Below, one piece after another: positions 32,871 through 42,980 of a stretch of 64,000 nt of DNA (position 1 is the first letter of the stretch; each line of letters begins with the position of its first letter). Origin of the DNA: Heteronotia binoei (Eukaryota); NCBI RefSeq assembly GCF_032191835.1, contig NC_083223.1, positions 257,610,001-257,674,000 of the forward strand, in the 5' to 3' direction. A model generated the notes under the pieces. The model worked only from the letters and a program-made list of their open reading frames with translations, did not search any database and was not told the DNA's origin. Made by a program: the position numbers and the translations under genes.

Positions 32871-33829
32871 CTATGAAATAAGAATGCAGTTGGCTTGGTA
32901 AGGTCAGTGGTCCAGGCTCATCTCATACATTGGCTCATCACATGTCTCCAAGATGCTCAAGCAAGCAGGGAATGGGAAGAGCCCTTTGTTTGCTCCCATC
33001 AAGATTCAAAGGTACACTGTCCACAAAGACCACGTCACTTAGCCCGCCCCTCTTCAGCAATTAAAAAGATAAAGGTAGTCCCCTGTGCAGTTTCCGCAAG
33101 AAGGGTACTCATTTTACCAACTTCAGAAGGATGGAAGGCTGAGTCAACCTTGAGCCGGCTACCCGAACCCAGCTTCCACCAGGATCAAACTCAGGTCATG
33201 AGCAGAGCTTGGACTGCAGTACTGCAGCTTACCACTCTGCACCATGGGGCTCCTCTCCATATTTGCCTAGCCCTATGTTTGCATTTCCTAGCTCCATGTT
33301 CGTAGCGGATACAACAATTCAATTTTAAGAACCAGTAGCAGGCACAAAATATGAGTGTCCACGTAAAGCTATCAAGCTTCTGGGTGAGTTTTATACTGCC
33401 CATCCCTACCTAGAGCCTATCTGTAATACTGCATTTATCAGATTAAATGCCCCAACTCAGTCGAGATTGAAAGGTGAACAAAACAGAGGAGGAGTGGGTT
33501 GGCAAGAGCAAGTTCCTCTGAAAATTCTCCTGGGATAATCTAGAGAGCTTAAGATATAAGAAAGGACTTTAAGGGTCACCACCTGCAATGTGAAGAGGAA
33601 CTCAATTTCAGTAAGGCGTGGGAAGAAATATTCCACACCCAGAATTTTCACCCCAATATTTCCGTTGCTGGGACTGTATGTGCTCAGGAACCCACTTGCA
33701 CTCAGGTGACGGAAAGGTGCCCATAGGGTCCAAAATATTGGGGGATCCCTGGGCTACACCATTTCCAACTTTGAATGTGTATGGAGTGCCTCATTAAAAA
33801 AAAAAACTGGTCAGGAAGATTCAAGCCCC

Positions 33830-34355
33830 AAGATGCTAAATTTCTATGTGTGGAGAATTTCTGCATATGAGGAACCGTTATGTGAAGACATCAGACAGGC
33901 TTCCAATTCTGCTATCATTTCACAGAATATGCAAAACAGAAAGAGTTCAGGAAGGCATTTCTATAAAGGGAACAGAACAGTGTGGAACAGCTGAGATGCT
34001 TGCTTTATATGCGAGAGGACAAGTCTATTGCAAAGTTAATTGTCTCTATCAACTTCTGTTATCAAAGTTCATTGTCTCTATCCTTTGCATGCTTGCTTTA
34101 TATGCGAGAGGACAAGTCTATTACAAAGTTCATTGTCTCTATCGACTTCCTTTTCTTACATTTCTTACATTTGTTTTAAGATCTGTAAATCTACCTTTCC
34201 ACATTGTATCATATCATACCTGGATACCATTGTATCATATTATATTTTTTTCAGTGCAGCTGTTGTTTGCGCGGTTTCCCAATTTCATAATCCTAGTTCT
34301 CCCGTATTGTCTATTGAGGCCCTTGCTGTTTGATTAAACTGCTTATTAAAAAAAT
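33830..34355 (+). mobile_element. Probable L1/Tx1-type LINE 3' fragment with internal 61-bp duplication
   Basis: Frame WRISAYEEPLCEDIR resembles squamate L1 ORF2 C-termini, followed by an AT-rich 3' UTR and an A-rich end. Confidence 0.45.
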
Positions 34356-34528
34356 TTTGTAACCTCCCCCTTTGCATCTCAGTGAGAAAAGTGGTCCATA
34401 AATTAAGTAAATGAAAGTAAAATGTGACTGCCCACTTGCAGTCGTGAGTAGTGTAATTCAAACACAGACTGATCCTCTCAGTGAAGGTAGCGCTTCATTG
34501 GAATTTTACTTTGAAGTAAACACACTAA

Positions 34529-35227
34529 GGCTGCAATTACACACACTAAATAATGCACTTTCAATCCAGTTTCAATGCACGTTCCAACTGGATTTTATTG
34601 TATGAATTGGCAAAATCCAGTTGGAACGTGCATTGAAAGTGGATTGAAAGTGCATTATTTATGTTGGAAATCAGTCCTAAAATGGCTGACTGATTCCATC
34701 TTAGTAATAGTAATGTTGTTTCTGCAATGTCATGCTGAGTTATGCTGCATCATGGCCCAGCTGTTTCTTGTTACTGAGGTAAGGTGGAATGACCTCACCT
34801 GTAATTAGGCTTTATGCTGACTCACAGAGCTGATGCAACCTCTGGTGAGCTTGCATGATTGATGTGTGTATTTAGGGAAGCTCAGTGAGCTTGCTCTTCC
34901 TGCCTGTAAGGATTGTGGGTACTGTGAGACTCACCGTCCGGGCGGCAGCAAACACTGCTTGTGTTGATCCTGTGCTACTGTGCTTGGATTGTGCTGTGTA
35001 TACTTACTGGTGTATACTGTTATCTACTGAAGTGTGTACTGATTACTGTGTATGACCTTGGCCTGGCAACGACTCTGAATATTGGATACTGTCCTGGTAA
35101 ATATATTCCACTGTTGAATACAGTTGTCTCTCTTGTCTATTAATTCCTGTGTTTGCCTGTCCCTCTTCTTCAGTGTTTTTCTGCTGCACGCAAATTCTCT
35201 AACAATTTAGTGTGTGTGATCGCAACC
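34529..35227. mobile_element. Palindromic MITE interrupted by a solo LTR; uninterrupted relative at ~41161-41300
   Basis: TIR ggctgcaattacacacactaaat vs atttagtgtgtgtgatcgcaacc, and an internal palindrome. Confidence 0.75.
34662..35204. mobile_element. Solo LTR of an LTR retrotransposon (543 bp)
   Basis: TG...CA termini (tgttgg...ctaaca) flanked by a perfect 5-bp TSD attta (34657-34661, 35205-35209). Removing it restores the host MITE. Confidence 0.85.
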
Positions 35228-36933
35228 TCACCTAACTACCAACCCCACTGAAGCAACACAGTTCAGGAACATTTGCCAGGTTAGTACTGCTATAATTATA
35301 GAGTATTTAAAAAAACAACAGCCGACCACCACATCAGACCACTAGGCATTAAGCAAAAAGGATATGCACTTTCAGCATGCACCCTTACAACAGGAGGGCA
35401 TTTCACTCCATACAAGCCAGAGCCCTGCAAGGACATTTCATTTCTCCTTTCTCCCTTCCCTGAAAGCCCCCCAGGGCAACTTACATCATTCTCCTCTCCT
35501 TCTTTGCATCACAGTCTTGTGAGCTACCTTAAACTAAAAATGGGTGATTGGCCCACAGGGCTGTCAGCTCTGGGTTGACAAATTCCTGTAGAATTTTTTT
35601 TGGCGGGGTTTGGGGAGGCACTTCAGCAGGGTATAATGCCATAGAGCTGGGGTGATCAAACTTGTTTAATGCAAAAGCCACATAGAATAAATGTCAGATG
35701 CTTGAGAGCCGCAAGACATGAACGTCAGATGTAGGAAGAAAGGAAGGAAGCTTGGGGGAAGTGGAGGTGGAAAGAAAGCAACTTTAACTTTAAATGTGTT
35801 CTCCAAGCTGCCGGCTGGCTTGGCGAAGTGACTAAACGGGACAAATGTCTTCCCCAAGCCAACCGATGGGGCTTCAAGAGCCACACAATAATATGTGTAA
35901 AAGAGCCACATGTGGCTCCCAAGCCACAGTTTGGCCACTTATTATTATTATTATTAATTTCATTTATAACCCGCCCTCCCCCACCTCGGCAGGCTCAGGG
36001 CGGCTAACAACATTCCATAAAAACATACATGCCATAGAGACCAACTTGCAACGCAGCCATTTTTTCCAGGGGAACTGATCTTTATCAGCTAAAGGCCAGT
36101 TGTAATTGAGAGATCTTGATCCACCACCTGGAGATTAGCAATCCTATGACCACAGTCACCCAGCCAGGGGTAATAGCGGAGCTGGGATTCAGACTTGGGT
36201 CTCCCAAGCCTAACCTGAAACTCTAACCACTACCCCACACTGGCTTGTGGGGAGGGACTACTATTGAACAGTAGCAAGGAAATAACATTGGGTTAATCAT
36301 GCAACTGGGGAGGTATCCAGTCACCCAATGGTCCTGCCATTCCTGGAAAGAGCCCTGACTCTTCCTGAGAGATACCAAGGCCCGCAAGCTGGCAATTTCA
36401 GATCTGCCCACCCCCCCAGTGCAAACTTGGGAGTGCTTTCCAGGTTTCTTGTGGAGGGAAAACTGACTTGCCTGTTCATGGTTTAGGGTTGCCAGGTCTG
36501 TGTTGGGAAATACCTGGATGGAAGTGGATCGAGGAAAGAGTGGAGTCTGGGGAAGGGCCTCAGCAGGGTACAATGCCATAAAGTCCACCCTTCAAAGCAG
36601 CCATTTTCTCCAGGAGAGCTGATCTCTGCTAGCTGGAGATCAGTGGTAAAAGCAGGAGATCTCCAGGCCCTACCTGGAGGCTAACAACCCTCAACACAGC
36701 AAGTTACTAAATGGATAATAGATTGAATGTACTTTGGGAACAGTCACCTATGAACTGAAATGGGAGGTGTCTAGTGTACACAGTTAGGTAGAGCAGCTTG
36801 TGTGAAAAGTTCCATTTAATGGCTGGGTCTCCTACAAACACGCATAACAGAGCAGAGCCTCTCTCTATCTCCTGCCCCTGGGCCACATTATTATTCACCA
36901 CTGTTAAATAGAACAATACCCCCCAAACGTTAC

Positions 36934-36989
36934 CGGTCGTTTGCAGGGAAATTTGATGCGAATAGAAGCCACTTCACTCTTCCTGCAAG
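36934..36989 (-). CDS. MAP1LC3CL: LC3C-like ATG8 protein, exon 2 ((A)CRKSEVASIRIKFPCKRP)
   Basis: 56 nt, ttccag|CT...CCG|gtaac. Phase 1 in and phase 0 out, matching LC3 exon 2 size as I recall it. Confidence 0.9.
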
Positions 36990-37225
36990 CTGGAATAGAA
37001 AAAGTAAAGTCCCATCAGAAACAAAAAAACCTCATTTTTTTCCTTTCAAGTTAGTTTTCTCTCAACAAGCAAAGGAAGGACACAAAACAAATTACGGCCG
37101 CGGCCCCCACCCCACAATTTACTGCAGCACCTCTAGCCAGCAGGGAGCGCTCCTAGCCGGGAAAGTCAATTTGCAATACAAAGTTAGGGGCGTTTGCACA
37201 GGCTGGGAATAGAGTCGATACTTAC

Positions 37226-37265
37226 CAAAGGGTTTTCTGTGTTTGAATGGAGGGCGCGGATCCAT
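37226..37265 (-). CDS. MAP1LC3CL: LC3C-like ATG8 protein, exon 1 (MDPRPPFKHRKPF)
   Basis: 40 nt from ATG (gaaaATGG) to G|gtaag, with the FKxRK motif of LC3 helix 1. The four exons give a 366-nt CDS (121 aa). Assignment to the C-like paralogue rather than MAP1LC3C itself is inferred from synteny. Confidence 0.9.
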
Positions 37266-37660
37266 TTTCGGCAGAAAAGCGGCAACGAAAGTAACCCCCC
37301 TTTTTGGGAGGGGGGAGAACAGAACGAGAAACAACGAGCCCTCAATATAGCTTTACTAACAAATTAACTGCCGCTTAAATCATACAAGTCCTTCTTCGGA
37401 GGCGACAAGGGGAGGCGGTGTGGTTTCAGAATCGGGACCTCCCAGTAGTGTTTCCGGTGGGCGGACGCAGAGCATGAACAGGGGCTGGCCGCCAGCTTTA
37501 TTTTATAGTCCTCCTCAATGCAATTGATTGACATGAACATCAACACCTGCTATCAGGACAGGAAGCCTTTCTTCTTCACCCTCGCACGATTAACTGTTGG
37601 GACTCATTGCCGCGTTGTGTGCTGCAGACAAGTTCTTTCAATAAATAGAATCGCCACGTG
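37266..37660 (-). promoter_or_regulatory. CpG-rich 5' UTR and promoter of the LC3C-like gene
   Basis: Minus-strand TATAAAA at 37501-37507, GC box and ETS-like motif at ~37450-37465, E-box CACGTG at ~37655. Confidence 0.55.
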
Positions 37661-37666
37661 CTAGGG

Positions 37667-38442
37667 CAGCAAGGTGTCGAACTCGTTATGAAGGCCAGCT
37701 CTGACCTAAATGAGACCTTGTCATGTCGGGCCCATTTTAAGATTAGGTAGCAGAGATATAATTTTTTTTTAACGTTTTATCTTTAAAAACAAAGATTTTT
37801 TTTAAATAAAAATAAAACTTGCTTAAAACATTAGCACTTGTTGGTCTTAAACAGGGGTAGCCAAAGTTGCTTAATGTAAGAGCGTCTAGAATAAACATCA
37901 GATGTTTTAGGGCTGCAAAATATGAGAGCTGCAAAACAGGGAGGGAATAGATGGGGAGGAAGGCAGAGGTGAAAAGAAAGCAACTTTAGCTGTAAATGCA
38001 TTCTCCAAGCAGCCAGCTGGCTCAGCTTGGAGAGGTGATTTAAAGAAACGAATGTCTTCTCCAAGCTGGCCAGTGCTGCGGTGGGGACTTCAAGAGCCAC
38101 ACTATATGTATGAAAGAGCCACAGTTTGGCCACCCCTGGTCTTAAAGGTGCTTTCCTTGTATTTCTCCCATGGGGTCCAAGGAACTGGGCAAAGGAAGCT
38201 CTGGCTCTTTCCCTCCCTCCCCAGGGGACCAGGAGGGGGAGAAGCCTCAACCAATGGAAAAAATCGAGTTTTGTTCTGTAGCTCATGTGCAATTGAGCAA
38301 GCCTTGCAAAGCAAGCTGAGATGCAGAAGAAAGCAAAAGAGAGGGAGAAGAAGGCAGATGGTAGCCAGTTACTCCTCGTGGGGCTGATAGGAGCCTTCCG
38401 GGGGGCCTCATTTAGCCCCCGGCCCTATGTTTGACACCTTTG
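37667..38442 (-). mobile_element. hAT/Charlie MITE containing a second nested MITE (37852-38138)
   Basis: The outer element is colinear in reverse with 6941-7514. The inner CAGGGGT(A/G)GCCAAA element has a perfect TSD gtcttaaa (37844-37851, 38139-38146). Confidence 0.8.
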
Positions 38443-38585
38443 TGCTAGTGCATCTTTGAGTTTCTGCTTGGTATAGTAATTAGGAGACTGGGCTACAAAT
38501 CTAGAGGTCTCTGGTTTAAAATGTTTGGAGGTTTGACTCATTAGGTGACCTTGGGCAAGCTGTTTGCTGTCAATCTCAGGAATCT

Positions 38586-40584
38586 AGGAAGCAGAGTGAG
38601 TATAATAATAATAATAAATTTATTCTTATATCCCGCCCTCCCCCGCCGAAGCGGGCTCAGGGCGGCTCACATGACATGGTTTACACCATGATTACACTAA
38701 AATCCATCAATACATTAAAAACAATTAAAATAGTTAAATACAATTCAAATTAAGTTCATTAACAATTAAAATGTATCAAATATAAATTAAGTTAAAGTGC
38801 CACAGTTCAGAATGTATATAGGATGGCTAGGTGGCATCTCCGGGTGCCATCTTAAATGCGAGTTGACAGAGGGTGGTTTTGCAAGCCCTGCAAAATTGAT
38901 TTAGGTCTCGCAGGGCTCGCACCTCCTCTGGTAGTTGGTTCCACCATTTGGGGGCCTTTGTGGAGAAGGCCTGCTCCCTAGTTGCCTTCAATCTGGCCTC
39001 TCTTGGTCCAGGGATTTTTAAAAGATTTTGGGAGCTAGATCTCAGTGCTCTCTGGGGAACATATGGGGAGAGGCGGTCCCTAAGGTAGGCAGGTCCTCGG
39101 CCATATAGGGCTTTAAAGGTGATAACCAGCACCTTATAACGAACTCGATACACAATCGGCAGCCAGTGCAGCTGTACGTATTCCCACCGTGGTAGTCCCA
39201 CTAACAGCCTGGCTGCTGCATTCCGCACTAGCTGCAGCTTCCGCGTTCGGTACAAGGGCAGCCCCATGTAGAGGGCATTACAGTAGTCCAGCCTCGAGGT
39301 GACCGTTGCATGGATCACAGTTGCCAGGTCGCTACGTTCCAGGAAGGGGGCCAACTGCCTCGCCCTCCTAAGATGGAAGAAGGCAGATTTGGCAGTGGCA
39401 GCTATCTGGGCCTCCATTGTCAAGGAAAGCTCCGGTAGCACTCCCAGGCTCCTGACCCTGCGCACTGGTATCAGTGACACACCGTCAAAAGTTGGTAGGG
39501 AGATCTCCCCTCCTGGCCCGCCGCAACCCACACAAAGGACCTCTGTCTTCGATGGATTCAGCTTTAGCCCACTCAGCCTGAGCCAGCCCGCCACGGCTTG
39601 CAACGCCCAGTCCAAGTTTATAGGGACATCGTCAGTATAAATGGGCAGTCTTTGCAGTGGAGGACGGTAAGCAGTGGAGTGCTGCAGGGCTCTGTACTGG
39701 GTCCCATGCTCTTTAACTTGTTCATAAATGATTTGGAGTTGAGAGTAGGTAGTGAAGTGGCCAAGTTTGCAGATGACACTAAATTGTTCAGGGTGGTGAG
39801 AACCAGAGAGGATTGTGAGGAACTCCAAAGGGATCTGTTGAGGCTGGGTGAGTGGGCGTCAACGTGGCAGATGAGGTTCAATGTGGCCAAGTGCGAAGTA
39901 ATGCACATTGGGGCCAAGAATCCCAGCTGCAAATACAAGTTGATGGGGTGTGAACTGGCAGAGACTGACCAAGAGAGAGATCTTGGGGTCATGGTAGATA
40001 ACTCACTGAAAATGTCAAGACAGTGTGCGATTGCAATAAAAAAGGCCAACGCCATGCTGGGTATTATTAGGAAGGGAATTGAAAACAAATCAGCCAGTAT
40101 CATAATGCCCCTGTATAAATCGATGGTGCGGTCTCATTTGGAATACTGTGTGCAATTCTGGTCACCGCACCTCAAAAAGGATATTATAGCATTGGAAAAA
40201 GTGCAGAAAAGGGCAACTAGAATGATTACAGGTTTGGAACACTTTCCCTATGAAGAAAGGTTAAAACGCTTGAGGCTCTTTAGCTTGGAGAAATGTCAAC
40301 TGTGGGGTGACATGATAGAGGTTTACAAGATTATGCATGGGATGGAGAAGGTAGAGAAAGAAGTACTTTTCTCCCTTTCTCACAATACAAGAACTCATGG
40401 GCATTCGATGAAATTGCTGAGCAGTCGGGTTAGAACGGATAAAAGGAGGTACTTCACCCAAAGGGTTATTAACATGTGGAATTCACTGCCACAGGAGGTG
40501 GTGGCGGCTACAAGCATAGCCAGCTTCAAGAGGGGGGTTAGATAAAAACATGGAGCAGAGGTCCATCAGTGGCTATTAGCCACA

Positions 40585-40636
<52 letters not shown>

Positions 40637-40714
40637 TTTTGCCCACTGTGTGATACAGAGTGTTGGACTGGATGGGCCATTGGCCCAATCCAACATGGCT
40701 TCTCTTATGTTCTT
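38586..40714 (+). mobile_element. 5'-truncated CR1 LINE (RT C-terminus and 3' UTR), interrupted by L2
   Basis: ORF 39598-40545 contains FADDTKL, RDLGV and LEYCVQFWSPH. Nearly identical to 59200-60175. 5-bp TSD aatct (38581-38585, 40715-40719). Confidence 0.9.
38606..39633 (-). mobile_element. 5'-truncated L2 LINE inserted into CR1
   Basis: Minus frame LKLNPSKTEVL...TSRLDYCNALY...LHWLP...YLRDRL...WNQLP is a typical L2 ORF2 C-terminus. (TTA)n tail; TSD agtataa (38599-38605, 39634-39640). Confidence 0.9.
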
Positions 40715-42276
40715 AATCTCTGCAATATGGGACTACTAACACTGGCCTACCTCACCGGGTGTCGTAAGGATTACACACACTAAAGGACAGTATGTGAAAC
40801 ACCTTGAACCCTCAAAAGCACTGCATAAATGCTACAGTGGAGAAGAAAGAGGTCATGTTACAGAAGACAGTGACTGTCTCTTCTGATTCAGAAAGGAAAA
40901 TTTAGGCTCTTGTGAGGGTCAGATATATTAAGAGCCAAGGAACTTCTATAGTCAGAGGCAGTATATCTGCAGGAGTCTGGCGCTAAATTGTTAGAATGCC
41001 AGATAGATACCCTTGATATCATGTTGAAAGGAGTTCCTCTGGCCAGTTGTGTGCTGTCTGAGAACTAGGAGGGATATAAATATAATAATCCAATATTATC
41101 AATTCTGCCACTGTGGCACAGGGGGTTAGACTGAGTATCAGAATAGGATCCGGAAGTCGTAGGCTGCAGTCACACAGACTAAATAATGCACTTTCAATCC
41201 ACTTTCTAACTGGATTTTACTGTGTGAACTGGCAAAATCCAGTTGGAAAGTGCGTTGAAAATGGTTTGAAAGTGCATTAATTAGTGTGTGTGATCACAGT
41301 CCACCCTGCTATGGAAGCTGGCTCTCTTTCTCTCAGTCTAACCTACCTCACAGAGTTGTTGTTAGGATAAAATGGGGAGAATGATGTCCCAAACTGACTT
41401 GGGTCCTCACTGCGGCAAAAGGTGGGTATAAATAAATGAAGGCCAGGCCCTCAGATGGAGAGTTGCCAACAGGCCTGGAGGGGGGAAATGCCCTGTCCGT
41501 TTAACAGAGGAACAAAGGACGTCATTTACCAGGTGCTGATACTTATCTCTCCTTCATTTCCACACATTAAGCCTCTAGTAAAGGGCCAGGACGTTTTTCT
41601 CCAGGTCTGTTGGCAACCCTGCCCCCTTCCCATTTGGCAAGAGACTTTCTAATTATGGAGGCTCTATCAGGCTCCACTTTTGGTTCTTTCTTCTTTCTAT
41701 GACGCTGGGAACATTTTAATCTTTGATTCAGCCCTTGAAAATATATATATCTCTTTTTAAAAAAATCCATGTTCAGAAATCGGGCCAAAGAAAACGAGCT
41801 TGGAATGTCAAGGCCATCTGGTTTATTAGCTCGCTCGCTCTCTTTTGTAGGAAAACTTTTTTGCTCTTTAAGAATGTTTTATCTAGTTCGAGCCAATCAG
41901 AAACTGGGAGGGGGGGCGAGGGAGAGAGGGAACCTGTCTCCACGTGACTCTTTCAAACCCATCCCCTTTGTCTGAACTGCTGTTTTCTTCTTGGCCAGGC
42001 GGAGAATTGCAGAAAGTCGCGGGCACGGAGCGCTTTCTCCGCGTCGCCAACGCGGTAGTCGTTATTGCCCGGCATCTGTCGAGGTGCCTCCCCGCTTTTT
42101 CTCCACGGCCCCGCTTCTCCTCCGGTTTCTCTTTACCGCGAGTTTTCCAAGGGTAGTTTTGCCGTTAGCTGCCTCCTTCTCCTCCTGAAGTCTGCGCTCC
42201 TCCGAAGCGCATGCAGCCTCCTCTCTCCAAGAGGCAGCAGGAGGTGGGGGGAGCGGATCCCCAGCCCGGGGGGGTC

Positions 42277-42453
42277 ATGGCCCGCAGAGCCGTGCCTCCC
42301 TCGCTGTGGTCCGGCAACGAGCGGCTCCGCATCGGGGAGCGCCTCCAAGCCAGCCTGGCGGGGCTTCTGGAGCTGGATCTGCTGCGCGAAACGCAACGGG
42401 AGACGGTGGAGCGCGCTCTGCAGCGCAGCCAGGAAGATGGAGACCGGCAACAG
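42277..42453 (+). CDS. DACT4: Dapper (DACT) family protein, first coding exon; probably DACT4 (an upstream in-frame ATG at 42211 is possible)
   Basis: MARRAVPPSLWSGNERLRIGERLQASLAGLLELDLLRETQRETVERAL matches the Dapper N-terminal motif (DACT1 RQEATLAGLAELEYLRQRQ, DACT2 RLRAAFAGLQELQGLRATQ, DACT3 WLEGSLAGLCELHWLRERQ). Strong Kozak gtcATGG, donor CAG|gtgagg, inside a CpG island. Paralogue call rests on synteny. Confidence 0.75.
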
Positions 42454-42674
42454 GTGAGGCGGGGGGGGGGGGGCGGGTTGGGGGGCGCTGTGGCATCGGG
42501 GTCTATCCCGAAGGGTGGGCGAGCAGCAGAAGGAAGACAATGGCTACTTTCTGGCGGGTTGGGGCTTTTTACAGATGGTGCTGTTGGCTGGGCTTAGCGG
42601 CTCTTGGTCTGATCCAGCAGGGGAACTTCCTATGATTTCCTGAGACTCAGTTAGAAAGGCAGACAGACTAGAGA

Positions 42675-42980
42675 CCAGTGGTGGGCAAACTCTGGCTCGG
42701 GAGCCACATGTGGCTCTTTCACACACACTGTGAAACCCCCACTGCGCTGTTGGCCAGCTTGGAGAAGGCATTTGTCGCTTTAAATCACTCCAAGACAAGC
42801 CACCCAGCGGTTTGGAGAACACATTCAAAGTTAAAGTTGCTTTCTTTCCACCTCTCCCCCCTCCATCTATTTTCCTTCTTTGTGGCTCTCAAGCATCTGA
42901 CGTTCATCTCTTGTGGCTCTCAAACATCTGATATTTATTCTGCATGGCTCTTACATTAAGCAAGTTTGGCCATCCCTGCT
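42675..42980 (+). mobile_element. hAT-type MITE (CAGTGGTGGGCAAAC family; copies at ~35.65-35.94 and 52.23-52.68 kb)
   Basis: TIR-like ends and shared internal sequence with other copies. Confidence 0.7.

Noticed and set aside
38827-39828. 333-aa ORF as a single gene
   Set aside because: Chimera of antisense CR1 sequence and the L2 ORF2 C-terminus across the nested junction.
40585-40633. (TG)n(TA)n tract and other short repeats as CRISPR-like or novel arrays
   Set aside because: Ordinary microsatellite within the CR1 3' UTR. No repeat-spacer structure anywhere in the window.
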